DNA of 63,754 bases, filler included, from Blastocystis sp. subtype 4 (GCF_000743755.1; 3 parts of 3 records of this genome joined end to end with filler, not necessarily neighbours in it), one strand, 5' to 3'. Shown: positions 36,406-48,797, counted from the first letter of the whole stretch. Numbers and translations are program-made. Notes: a model not told the origin generated them from the letters alone.

Positions 36406-37969
36406 ATGAATATTGATGCGTATGGATTGAAATTGACTTAATAAGAAGAGAATTTACCAAAGCGGAGCAACTGGTATTCAATGAGTACTGTGATGTCAAA
36501 GCTCTGCAAGACCGTAATGCATCGGTTCAGTTAATGAAGTACTATTTGAATGAACTAAATTTGGATATTAATCAGCTCCAATTTGTTCATGTGACAGGAT
36601 CAAAAGGAAAAGGAACTTGCTGTACCTATGTGGAGTCAGCACTGCGTAAACATGGCTTGAAGACGGGTTTCTTCTCATCTCCTCATCTGCAGAATCTTTG
36701 TGAGCGATTTCGGATCAATGGAAAGTGTATTTCGAAAGAGACATATCTCAAACACTTTAACGTTGTTTGGTCAACGTTACAGAAGGTAAAACAGAATAAG
36801 GTAGGAAGAAATAAAGACTCATCAACAGAATCGTCCTGCATATATTGCCAATTGGCCGGGTTTCTTCCGGTTTCTGACTCTTATTGCTTTCCGCTTGTTC
36901 CTTGAAGAAAAGGTGGATGTGGTTGTGTTGGAGGTTGGAATGGGAGGGAGAATGGATTGTACCAATGTCATTGAGACTGCTATCACTACTGGAATCACGC
37001 TAATTGATCTAGAACATACAGAAATCTTGGGTCATACGTTGTCGGCAATTGCAAAGGAAAAAGGAGGAATTTTCAAGAAGGGAGTTCCTGCAGTTGTTTT
37101 AGACCAGGACAAAGATGCGATTGATGCATTAAAAGAATGTGCGAAAGAGACAGGTAGGGATTGGAAGGAAGAGTCAACAGTAGAATGTCGAATTCAAATC
37201 GTGAAATCATCTGATCTTCCCGATATTGTGAAAGACACAGATGGTACATATTTGTTGGATAACTTCACTGTTGCATTCTATCTCACTCGAAATGTGTGTG
37301 ATTATTTTGGAATTGTATTTCGAGAGGATTGGATGAAGGAAGTAAAGAAGACAACATCGATGGCTGCTCGATGTCAACATGTGAAGAAGGGATCATTAAA
37401 CTGTTTGATTGATGGAGCTCATACTCCAAAGAGCATGCAAGCAGCTTATAAATGGTTCAACCAGCAATTGATAGATGTGAAGGAAAAGAAAGTGTTGTTA
37501 TTTTATTGTGGAAGGGACAAAAATTGTGATGCATTGTTATCATCGCTGGTTCAACTTCCTGTTGATGAGATTGTCTTTACCATGGTAAAGCATCCTAAAC
37601 CAGAATACACGTAAGGATAAACGTGGGTTGTAAATTGTAGACATGTGAAATTACCAACCATTGAAGAATTGCTAACTACTCGTCAGTTGGAAGAAAAGGA
37701 TGTACCAGATCTTCAACCAGAGGGAATTCAAGATGAATGGTTAGTTTATTTAGCGAAAATTTGGAGAATTGAGGAGACATACCACCATCTTCAGCATCGG
37801 TAGGACAAGGAATAGTTGTTGAATTATAGGATGATTCGATTTGTGAAAGATGCAGATCACTTGGTAGAGGAAGCGTGTCATTCAAAGCAGAATACAACTG
37901 TATGTTGCACAGGATCACTGTATCTTTGTGGTGATCTCTTAAATGCTATTGAATGGAAAGAAGAGAATT
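36406..37969 (+). CDS. FPGS: Folylpolyglutamate synthase (spliced; stop predicted to be created by polyadenylation)
   Basis: VHVTGSKGKGTCC, FFSSPHL..ERFRING, LEVGMGGRMDCTN, IAKEKGGIFK, IDGAHT, CTGSLYLCG. Confidence 0.93.
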
Positions 37970-37999
37970 GTTGTGTTTGTTCAGTGAACAAGAACGGAT

Positions 38000-39262
38000 A
38001 ATAATAATGGATCTTATTAAGCGTAATAGAAGCAAACTTGTACGCAACATAGGAATAGAATAGAAGAAGAACAAGAAATGTCGATACCACTGCGATTCCA
38101 AGGAATAGATTTCGTAGAATCGAATTCACCATCAAGAATTCAACGTTCGAATTAGAAATGGAACAAACAAGTGGCGAAGATTGATTACTTCCATACAAAA
38201 TGCGTAGCAAACTGACCAACAACAAATCCAAGTACAAAAGCAAGAATAATAGAGAAGATTGTGACTCCTGTCAAGATTGCTGGTTTCACAGAAGTAGAAG
38301 TCGAAGTCTACATATGATACTCCAGAGATTAAACGAACAGAAACAGTAGGATGCAAATTCATATCCATCTTCAAGGTGGTTACTTCAGTTTCCATGGCTG
38401 TAACCTTCTCTTTCAGCTCTTGTTTATCCTTCTCTTGTAGTTTGATTACATCTTGACACCGTTTGAAGAGGACACACAATGCATCATACTGTTTACGTAG
38501 CTTCTTGTATTCAGGAGTCTACATGAAATTAGTTAATAGAATGAATACAAGACACACATCGGAAGATACAATACTGTTTAATGATTCCTCGGATTTCTAC
38601 TCATAAACCCATTCAACAAAGTCGACTCGCTCTTCAACAGGATTCACAGAATTAGATGGACAGGATTTGTATGAAAGAATGATGGGTTTTACAATTTGTT
38701 GAATATCAGACTTTGAAACGCGATTCCACTACAATCACCAACCCACTGAACATATCTACGACCACAGACATTTCATCGAGTCGTTCTTCTTCCTTGAGTT
38801 TTGATATCTTCTCAAACATAAGATCGGAGATGAATGTAATATTAAATTGAAGTTTATATCTTCAGTTAAACGCGAAATGACAAAAACATACGAATCAAGC
38901 ACTTTAGAATCCTCATGTTTGCTAATGATGTCATCAACGATTTTAGAAGGTATTCGTACTACCTATCAGCCAAAAGAAACGGTATCACTATCAAAGCTAA
39001 TTGTTTGCTTGGAATCAATCGCAAATAAGTTCTGCTTGATTCGAAGAAGTTTTCCAGCATTGGACCGCAACTTCAGAATAATCTGTACGTGAAACACTAA
39101 GATTATTATAACCTTCTGATCATTAGAGTTGAGTACGCTGATTGATGTGGTAGATTGCTCTCCCTTGTCCACTACAGATAGAAATTCACCAAATCCATTA
39201 CATGTGAGGATAATGTCTTCAGCAGGAGTAATTGAGATGGAAAAGGGCCTTGAATAGCTCAT
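38000..39262 (-). CDS. Membrane protein with possible divergent MSP-like N-terminus, coiled coil and C-terminal TM helices (spliced)
   Basis: ISITP..ISVLNSNDQK|IILKLRSN loosely resembles an MSP domain; coiled coil IKLQEKDKQELKEKV; hydrophobic C-terminus. Confidence 0.45.
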
Positions 39263-39470
39263 TCAATGCGTTTTGAGCAAGACCAGATTTCCAGAAAGTT
39301 GTCCAAAATGCGTCATTCCTGATTTCAGGATCTCAGTTCAACATCCATATTGAAAAGGTTTCAAGGGCGATATTTGAGTCACATCTGTAGAGGTTGTGTT
39401 GTTGTTGCTTGTTATGCTATTTGACTGCTGTTTTGGCGATCGCTTTCATTTTGGTTCTCAGAATAGTGTC

Positions 39471-42400
39471 ATGGGTAGAAACAAGCCTATTGAGTTTAAT
39501 TCCAAATTAAGGAAGCAATTTCACAACCTAGTGGAATGTCCAATTACAATCACCAAGCGAATAACTCTACTGGAGTCTATGGAGTCTTTGTTTGAGTGTC
39601 CCAAGTTCCGTTTGGGTTGAACGGATGTGTGAGTCGTAGAGTATGAAGATGAAGATTCGACGATTCTAGGAATGCGCTATCTTTTAGCTACCTGGGAGGT
39701 GATCTTGAGTGGGTTGAATTCGGTTGTTTTGTGCTTGGGAAGTCATAGTTAGGTGAAGTTGCGCGATCGATATGTGTTATATCGGTTTATTGTTTATATA
39801 GCTAACCGTAATGAATTTCTATTAGTAGGAGAGGGAAAGATCATGGAGTGTAGGAACAGAATGGATTCGATGGAACTACGTACCGTCTATCTGCAACAAG
39901 GCAACCTTTGCTGAAGCGTTATTTGTATCTCCTAAAATTGACGCTCATTGAAGCAATGGTTATTGCAAAGGACTATGATAATCCGATTCAAATCCTATTT
40001 TCCTGTCGCATTTTGGCTTTAGCTACCTTTCGTATTCCTAGTTTTGGTGACATTGTGATGTCAGCTCTGTTGGATCTTCAACCTCCACTTCACTTATCTC
40101 TTCCTGATATTCGTTTTGATGTATTGAACAATGTTATGAGTGATGATTGCTTTTCTTGTACATTATCCGAGTCTGAAACAGTTTCAGATGAGACTTCTAG
40201 TGTGACACGGAGTTACAGTTATAGTTATGGTCCTTCAACTTTGGCTGTCTCTACGGAAGTGGGAGTTTCAGCAGAAGTGGGAGTTTCACTAGATGTGGGA
40301 GTTACAACAGATTCAGAAACAGATACCAGTTCATTTTCAGATGAGTACTATTCTTCAGAATATGAGAATGACAGTAAGAGTGTTGGTGAAGAGGAGAATG
40401 AGCCTCCGCTTATGTTGTTTCCATTTGAAGAATCCACTTTGTCAAATCATGAGGATTCCACAGAGTCAAATAATGGGGATCCCCTTCTTCGTTGTCGTCC
40501 ATTGGATTCTATTCGGAATCAACAGGATGCTCTTCCTTCTGATCTCAAATTAACTCCATCAATTCATGAATCAGATCTTACTCCTGACACATCACCATTG
40601 CTTGTAATCGATTATACTGTACGAGTAGAACAACTGTGTGAAAGCAGTCTACATTCTCATACATCATACCAGCATACCCAGTTTGCCTCCAATTATCCAT
40701 CTCTCCTCTATTGGTGTGTGTTACCAGATCCTGGTGTCAATGCTGGAACACGTGCTTCCTGGTATGATTGCTTCTTATATCATCCAGTCCTCACTCTCTC
40801 CTTCATACGTTGTTGGTGTGACCTATGTCATCTCTATCAGTATGATGTACAGAAACGTCCTTTCTTACTATCTTATTCATTCATAGCTATGCTATATGAA
40901 GCAATTCCTGGCTATTTCCTCATTCTCAGACTCTTCTTACCAATTCTTCAATCATTGATTCTCCATCAATATCACTGCGGATTAACACGTTCTCATGCAG
41001 CTATGGATAATGCTGAGTATGTCGTAGCTGTATTAAAGGCAAGTGAAAGTATGTTGATGAATCCTGATCTCATCAATTTGTCACTGTTTTTGGAATTCCT
41101 GATATTGTAGGTTTGTTGAGATTCTCTTCTCACAATGTAATGCTCTCATCGTAAATGATGTCGTTTCTTGTTATTCCAGAAATTGCCCCTAATATGTAGG
41201 TTTCCACTATTTGGACTGTTGGATGGAGCGTCTGCGTGCTCAAGCCATTTGTTCTCTCCTTCGTTTGCGTCCTTCATTTGATCAGTGGAACGTAGGAATG
41301 AATATGACAGTTGATTGGTCAGATCGTGGAAATGAAATGTTTGTGGTCTCTCGAGCGTTACATTACTTTGCACAAGCAACAACTAGGATTCACTTCTCAT
41401 AATCTGAGTGAAGCCTTTCAGGTATGTGGTAAGCATCTCTCATCTCTGTCAATGCTAGGTCTTCTTCTCTCGGATGGAGAAACATTTCGTATCCTTGAAA
41501 CTCTCCTTGATGGCAAATCGATACGACAGTTACGCTCAGATTTGGCTTCGGGACACTTCCTCTATCGTATGCAACGACCCAAATACCCACTTTATTTGGA
41601 ATCCAATTGTTCGGCAGTACAGGTGCCAAGCACGATGAATTATGAGTTCATGTTTGAAGGATTTCGACGATTGCTACAACAAGAACATGTGATTGTGGAA
41701 TTCCATTTTTGGGTCTGATTTTGTAGATATTGAAACGTGTTCTTCTCTTCCTGTATAACAATTTCGATCTATTTGCTGATTCGTTTCGTGCCCAAGTCGG
41801 GATTTGCATATGCGTTAATTGTAGTTTATTTTGGAATACCTATTTCCCGAGAATTTCCGTCTTTTCTGTCATTGGGATCGAGATATCCGTTCTCTCTACC
41901 ATTTGTTCCTCCTCTACAAGTGTTTGCAGAACCGTCGTTCTCATTTGCCTGTGATGCATCGAAGTAATGGTCATCTGTCTCTGTCATGTAGATGATCTGA
42001 TCAATATGTTAAGCAAGGAGAAACGAAGAGAACTGCTTATGTCTGATCATGATTCACCATTATGTTCCTGTCTATCCCATGAGAAATGGCAAATAAAGTC
42101 TCGAATTTCGACTAATGAAGTGGATCGAGTGACAGTAGTGTGTGAGTCTCGGGATACAGTTGGTTTGTATGATCAGAATATTGACTCAGTACGTCTGTGG
42201 ATATTCGACTAAGAGTTAGTCCTTGGATACGGTGATTGGAGAGAAGATGGATGCATTGTGGAAAGAAATGCTGATTGCAATTGATCGAGACCAGGTACCT
42301 GTCAATCAAAAAGTGAGATTTGGAGTGAGGAATCATGGATAGCACGCTGTATATGAGGCATGGTCAGAGTTCTTGGAACTACTAGGTGCATATGAACGTA

Positions 42401-42495
42401 TTGACAATCAATTGAATATCAGTGAGTTAATGGCTCCTCCAATTCTGGATACTCGATTGATCTTAATGGAAGGAGTTGTAAATATGATGGAGTGA
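39471..42495 (+). CDS. DUF1765/UPF0592-like protein (spliced)
   Basis: VLLFLYNNFDLF and FPSFFCHWDRDIRSLYHLFLLYK resemble the DUF1765 core. TGTTTGTT at 42510. Confidence 0.55.
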
Positions 42496-42578
42496 TTTCG
42501 CTACTAGTGTGTTTGTTTAGTCAGTTCTTTGGTTTATACGTTGTGATTATCGTACTCCATGTCTTAGAACAAACACGA

Positions 42579-44045
42579 CTACACCTTCACAACTCTGGTC
42601 TTTTTGATTGTTGATTTGACAACCTTCTTGCCTTTAACTCCTCCAACAGCATGCTTCTTCTTACTAACACGAATCAGAATCAGAACTACAACCAGAATAA
42701 TCACAATTGCAACTATCACGAGAATCACAATCGTTGCAATAGACATACAGAAACCAGAAGCCTTCTGCCACTCTCCATCTTCTGTTCCTAAAATACATGT
42801 ACGTGTCTGTGTACCCACATAGTTTCCCTGTGTGGAACACTCGTGTACAGCCACTTCACCAACATCCGTAAGTGGGAAGAATCCCTCAGACAGACAACGA
42901 CCTTTACGGATAGAGATGGTCACCTCCACGGCAACTGCTTCTGCCTGATTCTCAGCATATATCACATACTGAACCATCTCTGTAATAACCGTAGGAACTC
43001 CTGAAATTTCTCCTGTCTTCTCATTTAGAGTCAAACCAGCAGGTAAGTGGATTCCCTCATCAATATACCAGTGTTCAACAATATTCTCAAATACTGGAAT
43101 TCCTGAAGACACCTGTGTATCCATCACAAATGTCATATGCGAGTTACGATAACGAACTCCTGTTGGAGCCTTCTGAGAACAGTGATCCAATTGAACCTCA
43201 CCAAATACGCCATCTTCACACAGGCGATACGAATAGCCACGATATCCTTCAGGACACACTGAAGAAGAAATCTGACCTTCACCTACTGAAGGATAAGTGC
43301 CTTCAGCAGGACATACAGCACCTGACGCTTTGCAGTATGCAGTAAACATGGCTCCAAGACTCGTTGTAGCTGAGCCTTGATCTGTAATCTCCCAGCGGAA
43401 TGTACGGAAACCAGCCAATGCTACTGGAACAGAGATCAGAGACTTTGTTCGAGAAGTTACCGTAACATTTCCATCAGAGAACATTGTGATTGGGTCGCTT
43501 CCTTCGCTCAGCCAACCATTTATATCGAAGCCCCAAGAAGTGACCGTGCTGCTTCCTACTAAATTGAATGTATTCCACTTGCTTCCTTCCAGATTCTCAA
43601 CAGTCCAGCTCACGAACGTACCAATGGTCGAAGGAAGAGTAGCCACTGTGTAGGGATCCAGGTCCATGATGTTGGCTAGCACTCCCAATGTGGGTGTAGA
43701 GGACTCGAGAGAGGAGAATGAGTCAACAACAGTAGAACAGTCATCAACTCCAAATACTCCAGTAGCATCAAACACAACAGCATCAGATGAAGTACCGCCA
43801 ACAGGACGATGAATCTCGAAACTGAATACATTAGTACCCTCCTGAATTCCAGCTGTTGATAGAATCACATGGAACTTCGAGAACACACTAGGATCATGAA
43901 CAGCCAGAGATTCTGTGTTTGAATCGAAATTCTCAGCCAGATTGAGTCGAGCAACCAGATTTCCATTCAGATAGGCAGCCACTCCTCCAGAATACTTCAC
44001 TCGAACATTCAACACTTGGTAATCATTCACTCCACTCATTGTGAA
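42579..44045 (-). CDS. Large surface-protein family paralog, 5' truncated by gap
   Basis: Colinear homology to the C-terminal half of 5..2821, with He_PIG, Cys-rich modules, TM and Lys tail (VGGVKGKK). Confidence 0.88.
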   Translation of the reverse strand, partial: FTMSGVNDYQVLNVRVKYSGGVAAYLNGNLVARLNLAENFDSNTESLAVHDPSVFSKFHVILSTAGIQEGTNVFSFEIHRPVGGTSSDAVVFDATGVFGVDDCSTVVDSFSSLESSTPTLGVLANIMDLDPYTVATLPSTIGTFVSWTVENLEGSKWNTFNLVGSSTVTSWGFDINGWLSEGSDPITMFSDGNVTVTSRTKSLISVPVALAGFRTFRWEITDQGSATTSLGAMFTAYCKASGAVCPAEGTYPSVGEGQISSSVCPEGYRGYSYRLCEDGVFGEVQLDHCSQKAPTGVRYRNSHMTFVMDTQVSSGIPVFENIVEHWYIDEGIHLPAGLTLNEKTGEISGVPTVITEMVQYVIYAENQAEAVAVEVTISIRKGRCLSEGFFPLTDVGEVAVHECSTQGNYVGTQTRTCILGTEDGEWQKASGFCMSIATIVILVIVAIVIILVVVLILIRVSKKKHAVGGVKGKKVVKSTIKKTRVVKV

Positions 44046-44145
44046 NNNNNNNNNNNNNNNNNNNNNNNNNNNNNNNNNNNNNNNNNNNNTTAATTAATTA
44101 ANNNNNNNNNNNNNNNNNNNNNNNNNNNNNNNNNNNNNNNNNNNN
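44046..44145. other. Scaffold gap with artificial TTAATTAATTAA linker
   Basis: Linker at 44090-44101 flanked by N-runs. Confidence 0.95.
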
Positions 44146-44510
44146 ATGATTGTTCAAGAGAAGTAGTAATGCGTTTCACTCTTGAAGAAGAATTGGGTGA
44201 TTATGTTGAGAAGAAGATCGCTCCAATTCTTCCTCATTTGGGAAAAGAAGCTGCTGATAAGATTGACAAGGATTATCTTCGTCCATTCACAGTTGAATTC
44301 GATTTGAAAGCGACTTATCGTTATCCTTTCCCTTGGAGTATAGTGTGTTGGATTGTGATTGGTGTTGTTTTCTACCTTGTGTCTTTGGTTGTGGCTATTT
44401 TCTGTACGAAGTTATCAGTCCGTTCTAATTTGACTTCTGGAAAGGTGTCAGCTGTAAAGCGTCTGAAGAAATCTAAGACTGTGAAACAAGAAGAGGAGCG
44501 TCTTTTGTAG
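44146..44510 (+). CDS. 3' fragment of a single-pass membrane protein
   Basis: TM segment WSIVCWIVIGVVFYLVSLVVAIFC, basic tail ending EEERLL; TGTTTGTT at 44548. Confidence 0.6.
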
Positions 44511-44650
44511 ATATGATTTTGCAGTTCTATTGAAGTTTCTGCATGATTGTTTGTTGATTCATGAATCAAATTGTCAATAAGTCAGTTCTTTGAAGAAACA
44601 GATGAACAAACAGAACCGCGGTTTTCAATATGAAAGAGTTGATTCCTTGA

Positions 44651-45841
44651 ATGTACCGAACACCTAAGAAGAGAAACAAGTTAAAAACACTAATCGCATC
44701 AGTCGTGTTCTTCATCTTATGCTTTGTGAATGATCACTCCGTTTTTGAACTATAGTATATTGGATATCAGGAGAGATATACGAATTGTGTTGAGCCATCG
44801 CTACACATTCTGGATTCTTATGGTGACTATGTCTGTTGATAGTTACTCATTAGATGGTTATTCACTAACAGATCGAAATACTCTAGGGAAAGAGAAATAT
44901 CTATTGTGGAGTTCTCCTAATATCCTCTGGAATGCTGCTATCACACGGAAGAAGTATCAGTTGGTGCTTACAACAACGATTGGTGATAGTAAAGTTGGTA
45001 CTGTTGTTATCTGTGAAGGGATAGACTATTGGACCAGATGTTCTAAATGTTCTCCAAATGTTTTCTGGATATCAACAGCAATACTCGTTCAGGGTCGTTA
45101 TTTATTCTAGATCTCCTGCTGTTCTTTCATTTTGCCGTGATCACAACATTACTGTTATCACATCTTATTTGTAGTACTTAGAGGATTCTTTTAGTAGTAG
45201 GGTTAATAGTTATGGAGTTCCATTTGTCCGTTACTTTTTAGTTCAAACCAAACTTCTCATTGCAGGTCATTATTATGGTTACATTAACAGTGATATTTTG
45301 GTGTCTTCGAAACTCTTTGATCTCCTTATACAATGCGATAATTTGATTCGTCAACAGGTATTACCCTCGAAGGTAGCAATTGGAAGTCGTGTATTTGAAA
45401 TACCTCTAGAACTTGTTCCTTCTACTCTGTTGAACACATCATACGTTACCGTTGACATGGTGAATAAGGTGGTTGAGTTGATTGTTCAAAATCCGAAAGC
45501 TGTCCTTCGGCATCAGCATAGTTCTGTGTGTCACTTCCATTGCCTTTAATTCTTAGGATTATTTCATCTATTCGGAGTCTGTTGATCTTACAAAGATTAC
45601 AGATATTGTGATTGGAAGAATGCGAGTGGACAATGGTTTGCTACAGTATGTGCGATATCAACATGGATCACTTGTGGATGCAACTAACTTTGTTCCTGCA
45701 GCTCATTTGGGAGTTTGTGGGTTTCGTTGTAAGATGACTTCTTCCAAGATACCCTATTTGGATAAGTATTGGAACATATTCTACACACAGTATTTCGTTT
45801 GGTTTCGAGGAACTCTACGCCACCCCGATTATCGGTTTTAG
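44651..45841 (+). CDS. Type II membrane putative glycosyltransferase-like protein (spliced)
   Basis: Basic N-terminus plus signal anchor (TLIASVVFFILCF); NSYGVP, YGYINSDIL (DxD-like), DYFIY, IGRMRVDN, LVDAT..H. Confidence 0.55.
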
Positions 45842-45871
45842 TTTTTTATTTCTGTATTTGTTTTTCATTAC

Positions 45872-46348
45872 ATGAGAAAGGAGAATGAAGTGTGTTGTAT
45901 CTGCTTTCAAACGATAACAAGAACGAATGTGTTTGTTACATGATGATCTTCATTAACAGAAATCGGTTCTCCTTCCATGTTTCCATAGCTATTGCTATCA
46001 TTGTATTGTCCATTGGTTGAAGGTTCGATCTGTTTGTCCCATCTGTCAAGATTTGTAGGAATTTGATATTGCTAATTTACAAGATGCTGGATGTTATTGT
46101 TTTCAATTAGAAGTAATGACGACTATAAGATCATCACCATTCGTCCTGACCCCTTGTACTTGGGTCTAGCAATGTGTTTAAATTCACACGTAGAGTGTTC
46201 CTCGTGTTATGAGAAAGAAACTGTTTCGTTGGAATATCATCCTCATCTCTTTCTCAATGAAAGAGGTGAATATGAGTGTTCTATCCTCGAAACAAATCGG
46301 ATTCGAGCGTTATTGGGCCTAAGACCTTTAGAAATCGATGATGAATAA
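45872..46348 (+). CDS. TOPORS-like C3HC4 RING finger protein with C-terminal HIND (Hub1-interaction) motif; two introns
   Basis: CCICF..|..LPCFHSYCYHCIVHWLKVRSVCPICQDL|CWMLLFSIRSNDDYK and SILETNRIRALLGLRPL. Introns 45929-45959 and 46055-46083 keep frame. Confidence 0.8.
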
Positions 46349-46424
46349 CTTGATATTCATTCTCTGTTTCCTATCCAACCAATAATCAAACAAACATGAT
46401 CTAAAATATATTGGAACGAATCAT

Positions 46425-47161
46425 CTAAAACATAAACATATCGATTACGATTCCAAAAGCAGCAAATCCTACGCAACTCATACATGCCGACTAATGTGAC
46501 AGACCGCTAGTAGCACCTACCATGGGACCCTTTTTTGCTCCAAACGCAAGACCAGCTCCACAACCAGCTAAGGCATTTGTCCATATTGACTTTGTTCCAA
46601 GTATCCGTTCTGTAACACACTCCAATGCCGTATAAACACCTATGGTTTCAAGCATAACCCAAACCAACCTCCAAACAGTGCCATACTACGAGCAGTACTC
46701 TTTCCTTTAAGATAGGTGAAGCGCATTGACTTCTTAAACTATGACTAAACACATTGCATCTCAGCTACTTCACTTCCAACAGATGCTTTTCCAGGCTCAA
46801 CAATAGGACCACTTGCATTCATCATTGGTGTGGACATTTGACTAAACGAACCCATGAAGAAACCAAAGACTCCACCCATTGCAGCCGCTATATTTCAATT
46901 TAATTCAACAGAGAAACCCATAATACCACCAGTCACAAACTTGATGAAACAGGAATTGTTGATTTCTCCAATATTTGAAGGCATCATAACGAGTTCATTG
47001 CTTCTATAGTTGATTGAAAAAGAAAGCAGTCACTTTACGGGAGGATTAATGAGAAATTGGAATGACTCCTTATTTGGGACCGTATCTATCATAGGAAAGG
47101 GTCCAGTATTAGGCTTCTTCTTCTGGAGCAGTTTCTCGAGTTCCTGCGGATCTGTTTCCAT
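46425..47161 (-). CDS. Tim17/Tim22 family inner-membrane translocase subunit, Tim22-like (spliced; start 47161 or 47092)
   Basis: NSCFIKFVTGG..MGGVFGFFMGS, VYTALECVTER, NALAGCGAG, GFAAFGIVID. Confidence 0.8.
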
Positions 47162-47220
47162 GGAAAATGGCAAAAAAGTGAAGGGTCGAAACTCTTTCAT
47201 TTCTTATCAAGCAACGGAGG

Positions 47221-48027
47221 ATGGATTCACACAGAGAGGCATCACTCCATGGTTTAGCAAAAGAGAATAATGTAGAGGAGATGGTCAAGTTATTGACAAG
47301 CAGGGAGAATCTCAATGCCAAAGATAAGTTGAAACGGTAGCTTTGGATTCCCTTGTTTACAATAGAACACCGTTACACATGGCATGCTATTTCGGAAGTC
47401 TTGATGCTGCTCGGCTTCTTATCCAATATGGAGCTAATGTAAATGCTTTAGCACAAGATAATGTTCGTCCTTTGGGATTTGCTGTGATGAAGAATCATAT
47501 TGATATTGTTATGTTTCTTACTTCTATTCTGATTCTGTAGGTTCGATTATTATTGTCCAACGGTGCAGTATCAGGAATCAATGCTGTCTTTCAAAAGAAT
47601 GATATCAGTTGTCTTCATATAGCGGCTAAGAATGGAAACACAGAAATGGTAAAACTCCTTTTAGAGAATGGTAGTAATCCGAACCAACGATCTAAGGGAA
47701 ACAAACTAGCCAGTGATGAAACAGATAATGAAGAAGTACTTCTGAATAGGAAATATGATTTTGTAGATACGAAAGATAATCGAAGAGGCACGGGAAAAAT
47801 GGAATGCTGAGAAGAAGCGGAAGAGTAACGAAAGGCGCCGGCTTGTGGGTGAAAGTTGAGTGATCGATTTGTAGAGACAAAGAAAGGAAATGAATGAAGA
47901 CGAAGAAGATCCAAAGGTGGTTCTTCTACCATCGAAAAGAGAAAATGAAGATGAAGATACTCGAAAGCCTGTACCAAAGAAGTTGGATCTCAAGAAACTT
48001 GCATTTATGCTTGATGAAGATGAATAA
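47221..48027 (+). CDS. Ankyrin-repeat protein with charged C-terminus (spliced)
   Basis: NAKDKLK|RTPLHMACYFG..LLIQYGANVNA; SCLHIAAKNGNTEMVKLLLENGSNPN. Confidence 0.85.
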
Positions 48028-48136
48028 ATGGAGTACTCAAGTTTCTTGTTTTATATTGGAATTATTCTAGTATTCGTTTGTTATACATACCATTTACTAT
48101 TCTTGTGTATTAACAACTATACTATGATTATAATCA

Positions 48137-48241
48137 CCAATGATTAGTCCTGTCATACTTCTATTATATATCAGTATTCGCTAGTATCAATTAATTTCTA
48201 TTGATTGGCTTGAATTCGACTATGTCTGAAATTAACCAATC
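48137..48241. promoter_or_regulatory. Cluster of three CCAAT boxes upstream of histone H3
   Basis: CCAAT at 48137-48141, ATTGG at 48204-48208, CCAATC at 48236-48241. Confidence 0.55.
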
Positions 48242-48316
48242 AACTCCTTCATTTTGTGTCATTAGAATCTGGTTTTATCTTTGTTTTCCTGGCTTGTTCA
48301 TTTTTTATTTCGATAA

Positions 48317-48730
<414 letters not shown>

Positions 48731-48797
48731 GCAAAGTTCGTGTATTTATTAATACAATGGCTTTCTGTTTGTTCATATTCACTCTCACTGTTTGAAG

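Noticed and set aside
41479..41519. GTATCCTT, and similar RTATCCT hits near 52973, 57291 and 57503, as U12 5' sites
   Set aside because: Frames are open without splicing and I saw no convincing U12 branch and 3' end at 40-44 nt.
47155..47166. Palindrome TTTCCATGGAAA giving overlapping ATGs on both strands
   Set aside because: The + strand ATG opens a short frame ending at 47270; the ankyrin gene starts at 47221 in another frame.
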